Source: Neoechinorhynchus agilis (taxonomy: Eukaryota > Animalia > Acanthocephala). Taken from it: a stretch of 64,000 nucleotides of DNA. Position numbers and translations under genes: made by a program. Positions 38,110 through 50,327 of this stretch are shown in pieces; position 1 is the stretch's first letter; each line of letters begins with the position of its first letter. Under the pieces are notes generated by a model. It was given only the letters and a program-made list of their open reading frames with translations, was not told the DNA's origin and did not search any database. The stretch covers positions 10,555,480 through 10,619,479 of the forward strand of contig CM121342.1 in the NCBI GenBank assembly GCA_051530055.1, written 5' to 3'.

Positions 38110-40130
38110 AAAAGTCTTTGGCTACACATCTTTTCTTCTGCGCCTCTTTGTGTGCTTTGTTCAAGAAAGATGGTGGGATTCGTCCCATCGCCATTGGCTG
38201 CACTTTGCGTAGATTAGCCGCGAAAGTTTTATGCGGGAGAATCTCCGATAAAACGGGAGAATTTTTAAGACCCTGTCAGTTAGGTTGCTGTACTCCTTGT
38301 GGAGTTGAAGCGGTCGTGCATGCTTTGCCAAAATTTATCCCCCAAAGAACAAAGCCAACAGCAATTCTGAAAATAGATTTTAAAAATGCTTTCAATACCT
38401 TAAAAAGGGAAATAATGTTAAAAGCAATTGAGGATGTTGTCCCAGAGGCTTACCCCTATTTCTGGAGAGCATATGCTAAACATACGCCACTGCTGTACAA
38501 CGACAAAATAATTTGGTCGCAGAGCGGTGTACAACAGGGAGATCCACTAGGCCCCATAGGCTTCTCCGTCGCAGTAAATGATCTTGCCCATTCAATGGTT
38601 TCTTCTTTCAACGCTTGGTACTTGGATGATGCCACACTCGGTGGCGATCCAAGTGTTGTTTTGAGCGACCTTCAAAGGATCGTGAATGAAGCGGACCGCT
38701 TGGAAATAGAAATAAATCCCCAAAAATGCGAACTTCTCATCCTGAACGCAACTGAAAACGAGATCTCTCAAATCTTTAGCGATTTTGAATCAGTTGCTCC
38801 TGGTCTAGGTTTGATCACCCTTGACCAGCTCACACTCCTCGGGAGCTGCGTTCTTGCTGAGAATGTTGCGAAGGACCTGCGCGCACAAATCCCGAAATTG
38901 GAGTTGCTCTGCGGCCGCACTTCTGAGCTTTCGGCACATGAGGGTCTCTTCTTGATCAAGAATTGCCTCTATATGCCAAAATTGCTTCATAAGCTAAGAG
39001 CAGCTCCATGTTTCGGAGAAGACAAATTGTTAGGAGAGCTCGACGGGGTAATTCGTAAGCAGCTGGGACATATATTGAATGTCAAATTTTCGGACACAGG
39101 TTGGCGACAGGCTACTTTTCCCACGGCTTATGGTGGTTTGGGAGTTCGCACCACTTCAGACGTCGCTTTACCTGCCTTCCTCTCCTCTTGCCGGGCAAGT
39201 AAAGTCTATGTCGATGCCATTTTAGGCAAATCGCTGAAGGATGCGATCTTTGAAACAGGATTATATCAATGGCATCAATTGACAGGCATCAACCAGCTCC
39301 CCGCAAATGAGTGCAAGCAGTCGTCTTGGGACATACCTCTTGTTCAGAAGATTCACAACTCTTTCAAAGATCTTCTGGATGAGGTGTCTCAGGTCCGGCT
39401 GGTAGCCTGTTTCACGAAGGAGTCGGGAGCGTGGCTGAATGCTCTCCCTGTAGGGAAACTTGGAACTCTCCTTGCTGATTCAGTCTTCAGGATCGCAGTA
39501 TCCTTGAGATTAGGCCTACCGATTTGTATCCCGCATCGCTGCAGCTGCGGCACTACAGTGGACTCTTCGGGGAGACACGGTCTCATGTGCAAGACGTCAG
39601 CGGGACGATTTCCAAGGCATGCTGAAATCAATGCCATTCTGAGTAGGACCCAAAAAACGCTTTCCCTCCCAAACATTCTAGAACCCACTAATCTTTGTAG
39701 ATTAGATGGAAGACGCCCTGATGGCGTGACCGTCTTTCCTTGGCGGAAGGGAAAATGTTTGTTGTGGGATGCAACTTGTGTGGACATGTTGGCAAACTCC
39801 AACATCAGACACTCGAAAAAAGGTCTAGGAGAAGCGGTGACGGCGGCAAAGGAGGGGAAATAAATGCTCGAAATACAGAAAGCTAATCAGAAACTACCAT
39901 TTTGTCCCCTTCGGTGTGGAAACGTATGGGGCCTTGGGAGGGTCGGCACTGGGCCTCGTGAAGGACTTGGGGAAACGAATCAACGCGGCGACTGGAGAGC
40001 CAAGATCGACTTCGTTCCTAGCCCAAAAAATAAGCATTGCGGTGCAGCGGGGCAATGCGGCCAGCATTTTGGCCAGCGCCAATGAATAAAAGCGGAGAGG
40101 TTGTAAACAATGCATAGATTGCGTATAGGA
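38110..40130 (+). mobile_element. CRE-clade retrotransposon, 5'-truncated; RT, zinc knuckle and RLE, with a single +1 break at 39858-39864
   Basis: 581-aa ORF: IRPIAIGCTLRRL, IDFKNAFN, GVQQGDPLGP, WYLDD, CSCG..H..C..RH, RPDG..WDATCVD. It continues in +1 as KCSKY..FVPFGVET..QRGNA. Confidence 0.95.
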
Positions 40131-40481
40131 AAAAAATCTTCAAAAATAAACAATTAATTAGTCTTAAATATTTGTATTCGCGTAAAAGAATGGAGTTTTC
40201 TAGTTCGAACTTATTTTAAACACAAAGCAACGCGATTTTAAATTTCTTAAAACGATCGCATTTAAGTGTGAATGCGAGATTAAAAACTTAAAACATTTAT
40301 ACTGTATCCGCTTTAAATTTTCGACTTTCTAGGAATTGGGTAATAGATTGTCTCTTAAATCGCAAATAAAACTTCATTTTTTATACAATGTTTTTCTAAG
40401 TAGAGATTGAAAAAGAGTGACTTTAAGTATGCTATAAACGCAAAATGTAAATGTTTCTGTATAAATATTTGGATAAACACA

Positions 40482-41679
40482 TTATCGTATTTGTAGAAAA
40501 AGGAACGTTCTCGCCTTTAATGCCAAATATTTTGTTCCTAATAACGTTTCCGAATATTTACCGTTTCCGTCAATACTCACGTCCACAAAATCATACTGAT
40601 TCTTTTCATCGATGAAAACACGAAAATGATCGCCGCTCTCTATTCCGAAACTTGAGCGACGCCCCCATTTTTGTTTGATATCGACCGTGGGATTAATTCG
40701 ATCCTCGTTGATAAGTTCAAGAAGGTGATCCAGCATTGTCAAAAACTTATTAGCGTTTTGCGGATGTTGTTGAACCAAGGACACAATTGGTGGATGCAAC
40801 GCACTGCCGTTCATCGGAAAGATTCCTCGGCTATATTATAGTATTGCAATCTTCGAAATTCATTATTAAGGACTGTGTTCGGGATAACACCTCTTGTTAT
40901 CGTCATTCTTGTGATTTCGACCCCTTCGTTCTGGTCCCAACGTAGGATGTTCATCGATCGGGCTCATCTTGTAGATAAAAGATGGCACATCCGATTCATC
41001 TCAATATACTCTGGAGGTGGTAGATAAACATTAGGTTACTCAATCGATTCTGGATCATTTACTCGATAGATTAGATGGTTACTACTCGCTTCTTAATCCG
41101 ATCAACCGATCATTTCTATGATGAGATTAATGGCTGCAGTGAATGAAACTCCATAGCAGATAATATAACTATTAGAATTAGCCATAATTCCATAAGCATA
41201 ATTCGCATGGTCGCTACCCGTTGGCTTTTAGAAATAGATGACATTTCATCATGCAGTAAACCAATACATAGTAAGGAAAGAACGAATGCTATCAGTATCA
41301 AACTGATGAACCCGTTGTAGATTCCATTGACTATTAGATTTTTTAGGCGTCCTCGTGAAGAAGGCCTGTAAGTTTTTAAAAGAAATACGCAGATCCATTT
41401 AAGAGTGAAGGTAATGCAATTGATAACGAACCAAAACAAGAACGTTACACGATTTTTTTCAAATTCTATTATCGATTCCTCCTCGCTCGGAGCATACCTT
41501 CGGTTACCCAAAAGTGCAAACCCTGCCATTATACTTACAGTTCCATGAACTACAGTCGATGAAAACAATAGGCTAGCTTTTTGCAATAATAGTTGTAAAC
41601 GGAAACAAAGAAAGTATGCATACTCCTGATCCATCGACGATTCAATCACATACAACCAAGTAACGATGCTGAATGTCAC
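40482..41679 (-). pseudogene. Multi-pass membrane protein ORF (187 aa) followed by stop-interrupted segments and a 110-aa ORF; gene or pseudogene, family unknown
   Basis: About four hydrophobic helices in 41116-41679. A downstream frame contains VYLPPPEY flanked by in-frame stops. Confidence 0.4.
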
Positions 41680-41769
41680 TCTTTCTCCAATAACTTCTTG
41701 CCCACTTCTCGATATTCACGAGTCGTAAAATATGAAGGTTAAGCCTTTTACCTCGCTCGGAAAGCATAA

Positions 41770-44700
41770 GAAATCGAATTGCTTGGACATGGAATTGTTC
41801 ATGCCATTTTTATATGACGGAACCCAATAAATAACTGCAATTTTTTTGCAACATAAAAAAGAAGTCGAATTCATTAGGATCGACTTTTTTAAACGAAAAA
41901 ATTTATCCGGTTGGATAGTAAAGTGGTAAAGCGTTTCTTTTATGATTTAAGAAACTTCTTCCTAAAATTAACAAACAAAAATTTCCGGTTTGCTTGTATG
42001 TGCCGAAATATCGCACTTTCGCAACATAAAAAAGGAAATCGAATTCATTGGGATGAGCTTATCTAATTGAAAGAACTTGTCCGATTGGATAATAAACCGG
42101 CAAAACGTTTCTTAACTGATTTAAGAAACTCTTTCCTAAAGATTACGAACAAAATTTGCCGGTTTGCTTGTATTTGTAGAAAATATCGAACTTCAACGTC
42201 CGCTGCAACAACGTCCGCCGCGCCGTCTGTTTCGCTCGCTGGCGAGGGAGTGCCCGGTCTCCAATGCAAATCGGTACAATGCAATGTTTGTCTTCGTGAC
42301 TTCAAAGCGACTCTCAGTGGTCTCGTCCGCTGCCACGGTCAACATGGGTCGCATTGCCCTGGATCCAGAAAACCGCCAACTAAGACTGCCTCTTCGTCTT
42401 CATCCAACCCATCCAAACCAACCGAACTCACAACTGTGGTCACAGACACGAATGCCCCACCGCCAGCACTGATCTAGATGCTTTCACACGGTACCCGCAT
42501 GATTAGACGAATCCCGCGAGGCGCCAGGTCCTCCGTAGCATCCAAATTAGCATGCCTGATCGAGCGTATCATACGAGATCCAACCGTACCATCTGACTGG
42601 CTCAACCTCATCGCCTTTCACAAAACCGTCTTACATGTTCCCACACAAACTGCTGAAGCCAACGAGAATCAATCGCTCAGTCAAAAGATTCGCAACAGGT
42701 CCGACGCTTTCGAGTCCTTTGAACAAGTCGAGCATCTTGGATGGCAGAGCCATCGCCGTAATTTTACTCACGACCCGGACTCTCAACTACGTGCGAAATG
42801 CTCCGAGAAGCTGGAGGACGGCGACCTGAGGGGTGCCGTTCGACTTGTAAGCGGAACGGACCGCCTACTTGCGCCGAACAAGGACATCCTCGACTCCTTA
42901 AAATTGAAGCATCCTGCACGCAGACGGAGTTGTTCCAAGCCAAATTATGATCCGTCGTTCACAGAGTCCGACCGCGATCCTCTCTTACCCATTACAGTCT
43001 CCACCGTCACTTACGCTCTGATGTCCTTTCCGCCATCGTCAGCTGGAGGGCATGATGGTTTAAGCCCTCGACACTTACGGGATTTGACCTGCTTCTCTTC
43101 TGGAGTTCAAGGCACACGATTGCTGAACGCAATCACCGAGCTCACACGCGTAATCGTCCGCAGTTCCGTACCTCCTCCAGTCGCGCGTCTACTCTGCGGT
43201 GCCAAGCTGATCGCTTTCACAAAAAAAGGTGGAGGGGTTCGCCCCATTGCCGTTGGTTGTACCTTCCGTCGACTGGCATCCAAAGTCGCGTGTCAGGTCG
43301 CCACCGATCGATTGATCGATTAACTCTTGCCGGTTCAATTAGGAGTCGGAGTTCCTGCTGGAGCCGAGGCGGCCGTACACTCAGAACGAACGTATAGTCG
43401 AAATGCCGCACCGCGACGACAGAGGTTGTCCACCAGCACATACCAGAAATCTACCAGTATGTGTCCTTGTGTTACGATCAGTCCGTCATGCTGCTGTTCG
43501 GCGAGTTCCAGGTCGAATCAGTAGAGCGTGTTCAACAAGGTGATCCTCTATGTCCTCTGCTGTTCGCATTGACGATCAATCATCTTGCCCACAGCTCTTC
43601 GTCAGAGTTATCGATCTGGTACCTCGACGACTGTTGCATCGGAGGGGAGATCGACTAGCTCATCCGCGACATCAACAGAATCTCCGAAATGGATGCCGAT
43701 ATCGGACTATTCCTGAGAACGGACAAATGCGAAATAATTTCGGACGACTAAGAGGATGCATCGAGACTGCTCAACGTACTACCCGGAGCAAAGACAACTG
43801 TAGCCGACTCAGCTGACATTCTCGGGTCTTCAATAGGTAACCAGTCTAACTGGAAACGTTCCTCTCAAAATCCATCGATCAATTGCGGCTCACAGCCTCC
43901 AGGCTTTCGTACATCGCGCGACACGGCGCTCTTTTCATACCAGGGCGATGTCTGTCACTACCGAAGATCGCTTACCTTCTTAAGACTGCTCACAAGGGAT
44001 TTCGACAACTGCGTTCGATCAACCCTGTGAGAAGTCCACAGCCTACGGCTTTACGACAAAGCATGGAAACAGGCGACCCTTCCCATTCTTTTCGGTGGTC
44101 TTGGCATCCAGAGTGCCACCGAAGTAGCAATTCCTACTTTTTCATCATCGATTTTGGCCTCTTCAGACCTGGTGCTGAGAATCATCCCACCACACACTCG
44201 ATTTGAGCCGCATCCATCACCTAAGCTGATCGAAGCGCACGCTCAATGGAAGACAGTGTTCGGACAGGTCGTTCCAACGGAAACAAACTCCCGAAAACGT
44301 TGGACTGCCTCGCTTCACACTGCGTCCTATCCGCGGCTTCTCAACTCATGCTCATCTTCCACCGATAGAGCTCGTCTCCTGGCAGTCTCGGCTCCACGCT
44401 CAAGCGACTTCTTGAAGGCTTTCCCGATCACGGCTGTTGGCACGAGGCTGGATGGCCAAGCCATCACCGTCGCTGTGGTACTTCAGTTGGCATCAATTTA
44501 TCAGGCTCATATATGTCGGCGGGGAGGTCGAGAACTCACGGCCTTGACTGCAAGCGTTCAAATGCTCGCCACGCACGGCACTCAGCAGTCAACCGCATAA
44601 TCAGGGAGGCCCTCTCAACGGACGGTTTTCTCGCTCGATTCGAACCAGTCGGACTCTCCCGGAATGACGGTAAACGCTCCTCCCATGGTGTTCCGGGAAA

Positions 44701-45575
44701 ATACTGGCTTGGGATTTTACTTGCCTCAACACACTCGCAGCGTCCCACTTATGGGATGCCACTTCGAAGTCGGGAGCAGTCGCCAGCTTCAGCGAGGAAA
44801 AGAAGCGGCATAAGTACTCCTCGCTCGATGGGCATCAATATATATTCATCCCGAATGCGGTGGAAACGCTGAAATGCCTCGGAAAGAAGCCGATTATTTC
44901 CTTTCCCAGCTGGGAAAGATGCTGAAATATGCCACCAGCGACATGCGCTCCAGCAGATTCCTGGTGCAGCGAATCAGCGCGGCGACCCAACGCGGCAATG
45001 CCGCGGTCATCAAGGAAGCTGCCGAACAATCATGACGACAGTTGCAGAATTGGACGAAAAGGAGGAATTTGTGAACGAAAAGAATGAATTATATTTTAAA
45101 AATTTCGTTCATGAACTTATAATAATTTACTTCAATTTTATGCCACATAAAAAAGTAATCGAATTAGTTAAGATGAACCTCTCTAAATGAAGAAACTTGT
45201 CCGGTCGGATAGCAAACTGGTAAAGCGTTTCGTTTATAATTTAAGAACCTCATTCCTAAAGTTAACGAACAAAAATTTACGGTTTGCTTGTATATTCCGA
45301 AATATTGAATTTATAATAAATTACTTCAATTTTTTTGCCACATAAAATAGAAATCGAATTCATTAGGATATGCCTTTTAAATGAGAAAACTTGTCCGGTT
45401 GGATAATGAACTGGTAAAAACGTTTCTTAACTAATTTAAGAAACTCCTTCCTAACATTAACGAACAAAAAGTCCGGTTTGCTTGTATGTGCCAAAATATC
45501 TTACTTATAATAAATCACTACAATTTTTTCGCCACATAAAAAAGAAATCGAATTCATTGGGATGAGCAAGCAATT
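41770..45575. repeat. Divergent tandem repeat of about 175-195 bp (about 5 units), split by a CRE insertion
   Basis: aaatcgaattcatt..ccggttggata..ggtaaa..aacgaacaaaa..ggtttgcttgtat occurs at about 41860, 42035, 45155, 45350 and 45545. Confidence 0.85.
42194..45112 (+). mobile_element. Near full-length CRE-clade retrotransposon (about 2.9 kb), inactivated
   Basis: N-terminal CxxC..HG..CPGS finger, RRIPRGAR, KLEDGDLRGAVR, GGHDGL.P.HL, RPIAVG, VQQGDPL, WYLDD, RLE. In-frame stops at 42475 and 43321. Flanked by GAACTT at 42188-42193 and 45113-45118 (probable TSD). Confidence 0.92.
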
Positions 45576-45770
45576 GAACCACGTTCTCTTATCTCGAAAA
45601 GTATACAATCAAAGAAAACTATTCAAATATTAAAAAAACAAGTTGTAGCAAACTATATAAAAAAGTGCAAAAAATAATCGCAAACGAGTGCGAATCACGT
45701 AATTGCTCATAAAAGCAAGGTGTCGATCGTTTTTTCTTTGAATATAAATTTTCAGACATTTAACAGCATT

Positions 45771-46150
45771 TTAATATAAATGGAGGCGATTTCTAAGAAA
45801 AAGAAAATTAAAATATTCAATTGTGGTTTCGCGTAATAGTTGAATTAAAATTAACACAATCTTAAACAAATTTTATTTGCCCAGCACCTAAAAGAGTATA
45901 ATTTGAAATAACAAAAACCTCTTTGTTTTATAAATAATTAATTATAGTCTCTAAGATTTTCATTCCCGTAAAAGAATCGAGTTTGCAAGTCTGATCTTAT
46001 TTTAAACACAAAGCAACGCGATTTTTTGATTCCGAAGAACGATCGCATTTAAGCGTTATTGCGGGATGAAAAATTTAAAACATTTTTATTGTATCCGCTT
46101 TAAATTTTCAACTTTTCAGGAATTGGGTAATAGATTGTCTCTCAAATCGT
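45771..46150 (+). repeat. AT-rich dispersed repeat; uninterrupted version of the copy split at 37606-37706 and 40150-40370
   Basis: aatataaatggagg..ttgtggtttcgcgtaa..cttaaacaaa and cttattttaaacacaaagcaacgcgatttt..gaattgggtaatagattgtctct are shared between the two loci. Confidence 0.8.
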
Positions 46151-46189
46151 TGATGAAACCTCACTTTTTGATACAAGGGGCTGTTCAGT

Positions 46190-47180
46190 TATTGTCATCA
46201 TCCAACAGTTTTGCAGAAGGAGACAACGCGGCACTACAAATACTCCGGTCAAAACACCCATGCAGTATGTGCAGTTTTGAAATTCCACCTACTCCCATAC
46301 AAGACAGGACACCCAGTCAAATTTCAGAGTTAAAAAAGGCCACCTCATCCTTTGCAAATGGTTCGGGTAATGGGCTTGACGGGCTAAGGCCTCAGCATCT
46401 AAAGGACATGATGTCCTTTACAGCTGATGAAGCAGCTCTCTCTCTAGGAAGTGCGCTTTCTCGAATAGTCGACCGCCTGACTGGAGAGGACCTGAACCCC
46501 GTTGCAAAGGACCTATTTTTCGGAGCCTCATTGTGTGCGCTCACAAAAAAGAAGGTGGAATTCGTCCCATCGCCGTATCTTCGACGATACGCCGACTTGC
46601 AGGAAAAATTCTCTGTAAACGTATCACAGAGAAAACCGGGCAGCAAATTCGTCCAATCCAAATGGGCTGCTGCACATCCTGCGAGGCGGAAGCTATTGTC
46701 CGCGCGCTCCAAAACTTTACTACGAGGAGTTAAGAGCCGTGCATGATTCTTAAGTGTGATTTTCAGAACGCCTTTAACTCTCTCAATAGAGAAGCGATGC
46801 TCTGCGCAATTAGGGATCAAACACCAGAAGCCTTCCAGTATTTTCTCAATGCCTACGGGACCGCGACTCCTTTGCTTTTCGAATACCACCTCATTTTGCC
46901 CGAAAGAGGAGTGCAGCAAGGAGATCCCCTCGGTCCAATCGCATTCTCCCTAACAGTAAATCCAATAGTTCATTCTCTCCATTCCAGCTTCAACGTTTAG
47001 TACTTGGATGACGCTACGCTCGGATGTTATCCCTCCGTTGTACTGCGCGATTTGGAGACGCTGACTAGGGAGACCTCGAGAATGGGCATTGAGCTCAATA
47101 CTGGAAAGTGTGAGCTCCTAGTATTAAAAATCGAAGACGCCGCCAAAGTAAAGGAGCTATGGATGGGTTCGAGGCCGTAG
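46190..47180 (+). mobile_element. CRE-clade RT fragment, degenerate
   Basis: GLDGLRPQHLKD, GGIRPIAVSSTIRRL, ILKCDFQNAFNSL, GVQQGDPLGP, (W to *)YLDD. Confidence 0.88.
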
Positions 47181-47307
47181 CTTCAGGTCTGAAACACGTG
47201 ACTCGATATTGCCCACCGATAGTTTACAGTTAAGACGAGCTCATGGGGGAATGACGCGCCCGGGTACCCGAGTTAATACGACGAACAAGAATTACACACA
47301 CAAAACT

Positions 47308-47356
47308 ACATTCTGATGAGGGGACTAAGGTCTCGAAATATTAATGGAATAAATGT
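47308..47356 (+). ncRNA. Minimal type I hammerhead ribozyme motif (PLE-associated type)
   Basis: Stem I acatt/aatgt, core CTGATGA (47313-47319), extra G, stem II gggac-taag-gtctc, GAAA (47335-47338), 2-bp stem III with palindromic ATTAAT loop, cleavage triplet ATA (47349-47351). Confidence 0.7.
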
Positions 47357-49329
47357 TAATTTTTCTCGGAGCGATAAAGAGTCACTCAAAAAAGATGAAC
47401 GAAAAATCTTCCATGTTATTTCAATCCCTAAAGTGTTGTTTTGTGTTCACTATTGAATTGTTCGCAATGTCACTTTATCCAGGAATTTTAACTTGAGGAA
47501 ACGAAGTACTAAAAATGCAGGCATGTTCGTAATTTTGACATTCAAGACGCAGTGGTTGCCCGAACACGCGATATGGAAATAATAGTAATGGTATTTTCAA
47601 TAAAAGTACCATTTGCAAGTAGGTTTTCAAAGATTAATAAATATTAAGAGTGCCACTTTTGTGTTCGGAATGTTGCAATTTGTGAGTGTTTTCCTCTAAA
47701 GTTAAAAGTATGGACATAATCCCTAAAGTCAGCCGTGTGTGTAGCATCCATTTTCACGGTGACTAGTCTACAATTTTCTAAAAATTTCATTGATATTATT
47801 CAGATAAAACCTTTTGTTTAAAGAGAAAAGCTCGACATTGTCCAATTTGGGAATAAAATTTTGGGAATTAGCATTTTTTCATAAGATTAACATGCGAATT
47901 ATAGTCAGCGTTGGGGTTGGCCACAATGGCCTTTTTGTATAAAAGATTCGCCTCGTTGCATACGTGTGAAGGAAAATGCCCAGTCTTGATCCGAACCAAA
48001 CCTCACAGATTCACTTTTTTCGTTTACACGGAAGCGGGAAACTACTGAGGGATTTTGAGATCATTTGCCAATATGCAATTATCCATTATAAATTGCACTA
48101 GAGATTCAGAATTTTTAGAAATTTTTGAAGGGTGCACTGCTTAGATTTTCCATGCTCCATCTTTCGACGACAACATAATATCTATCTTCGAGATATTGAG
48201 GCTAGTATCCACCTCTATAATAATTATAATAAAATCATTCGTCGGAGTAATCTTCATTTTTCTTTGGTAAGGGGAAGCCTGCTGATCAACAAAAAAGTTT
48301 GCCTGTTATTTTAAAATAAAATGAAACAGGTTTACACTCCCTCTCCCGGAATAAAAGATTAGTTATTTTCATTTAAACAATATTTTACAAATAGCAGAGT
48401 AACACTGTGTTACTTTTACATAGCCGCTTTCTTCTACCAAAATATTCTCAGCCTTAATATCTTTATGAGCAACATTAATCCCATGTAAGTAATCGAGAAC
48501 GAGGACAATCGGAGCTAGGATCAATCTACTTTCGTCTTAATTAAATCGTCGTTTTGCACGCAAATTTTCATACAAATCATTGCTCGGTAATCCAAAATAT
48601 TTGAATGAAATATGGAACTCAGTATTTTTTTGCAGGGTGGTCGCTTTCTTTGCCTGGTTTGGATAAGATATCTCGTTTAATTATTTTTACGGAACAGTGA
48701 TTGTGATTTCTGGAACAAGTAGCGACTAAACCAAAATACCTCGGCCGATTTCCAAATTTGGAATCGCGGAGGGTTTCCGAATTTATGGCAAAAATACATT
48801 ATAACGTTATTGTAAAAACTATCGAAGCATTCAAATAGTCTCCAATACCAAATATCGTTTCGCGTCACAGGCATACAATGCTCTCTGTGAGCTGTTGTGA
48901 ACGAACAAGTCGAAAGTCAACTTTAGTTGATTCGTAACAACTATACGCTAAGTTATCATAATAAAGTTTCTTATTTATTTTTAATAAAAAAAGTTGCTTG
49001 AAGATTAAATTGTTCATGTTTTTAATTAACAATGTGGGATTCTTTGAAAATTGTAAATTAAATCGATTTCTGCGTTATCTACGCACTTAAATTTCGATTT
49101 TTATAGTTTTTCAAATTTTCAATCGTATTTGAAGTGCCGATTTATCAACATTTTTTTATTGTAAGTTGAAATAATTTTTCTAAATGCCGGAATAAGATGA
49201 ATTTTACCTAAAAAGGAATCAAAATTTAAGTATTATTTTACCAATATTGTCCTTGTACAAGTAATTGAATTTTCAAAGAAACTTTTTTCTAGTCATAAAG
49301 AGGCTTTAAATACAAAATGAGAAAAAGCA

Positions 49330-49480
49330 TGATTCCTTCAGGGTGTCCGATGTTTTACTGTTGAACGATAGTGGCATTTTGGGAACTGGTAGTAATTATA
49401 ATAATCATTAAAATAACATGATGTTCGTACATCTAAAAGGATATATTCCGCTTTCAGCATTTTTAATACCAGGAGAAGCC
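49330..49480 (+). mobile_element. Second gypsy protease-region remnant
   Basis: gtccgatgtt..ttgaa..atagtggcatt..gggaac..gttcgtacat..ggatatattc.gctttcag..ccaggagaa is shared with 35800-35935. Confidence 0.6.
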
Positions 49481-50141
49481 AGAACAACCCTACGGATACA
49501 TCGGAAACGACCGAGAAAAATGCGTGTAATTCTATTCGCTGGAGAGATTTACATCGAGCCTACACATTCTACCGGGAGAAATATTTCTATGTTAATATAG
49601 GAATTTTTTACTATGGAAAAAGAAGTGTATCATCGTTGCCGCTGAGAATTCAGATAGATTTGTTAGGAACGAGAGAATTGATTTGCACTATTTGAAACTT
49701 GCAGTGGACCGAAATGATGAAAAATTATCTGAAATCGTAAAACTTAAGAGCGTAGTAACTCTTTATTCTATGGTCAAGATTATTTGGAAATTTATTTGCA
49801 AAACTAAGCTGCCAAGGTGGACAAATAGAATGAATGAAAACCAAAAATGTTATTTAAATTAATCCTTTATCTTTGAAAAATATTGTTGATATTTTAAAAT
49901 TCACTAGAAATCTCTATACTATCGGACTAAAGACTGAACTGCTTATCAATAAAGATGCCTTGATCATTTTTTGTAATATATTTTATCCTAAAAAAATTAA
50001 ACATTATAGAACCAATAAAATTTGATATAAAAGCGTGTCCATGAGAAGTGGATTTTAGATAAGGCATCAGCTCTAGGTCTCCCATTCGCGTTATTTAGCA
50101 ATAAATCAAATCCATTTCCGTTAATCAAAGGTGGCTCTGGA

Positions 50142-50327
50142 ATTATTGTTTAGGTCTACGCCCGTTACATGATTATTTATTAAAGACGTTTCGAACATCG
50201 TCGGGTTCACCATCAGTTTGTTTGTTAGTAATATACGCTACTAACAAACAAACTGATGATGAACCCGACGAGGTTAGAAACGTCTTTAATAAATAATCAT
50301 TTACCGTATGTAGACCTAAACAATAAT
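50142..50327. repeat. Fold-back with 89-bp arms and an 8-nt loop; each arm carries a hammerhead-like motif (probable inverted PLE terminal repeats)
   Basis: Arms 50142-50230 and 50239-50327. The + arm reads CTGATGA t gaacc cgacga ggtta GAAACGTC (50253-50284). The - arm reads CTGATGG t gaacc cgacga tgttc GAAACGTC (50185-50216). Confidence 0.85.

Noticed and set aside
42475-47000. Stop-codon reassignment or readthrough, suggested by in-frame TAG/TAA in CRE ORFs
   Set aside because: The stops replace varied residues (for example TGG to TAG) in elements that also carry frameshifts. Host genes are open under the standard code and use all three stops.
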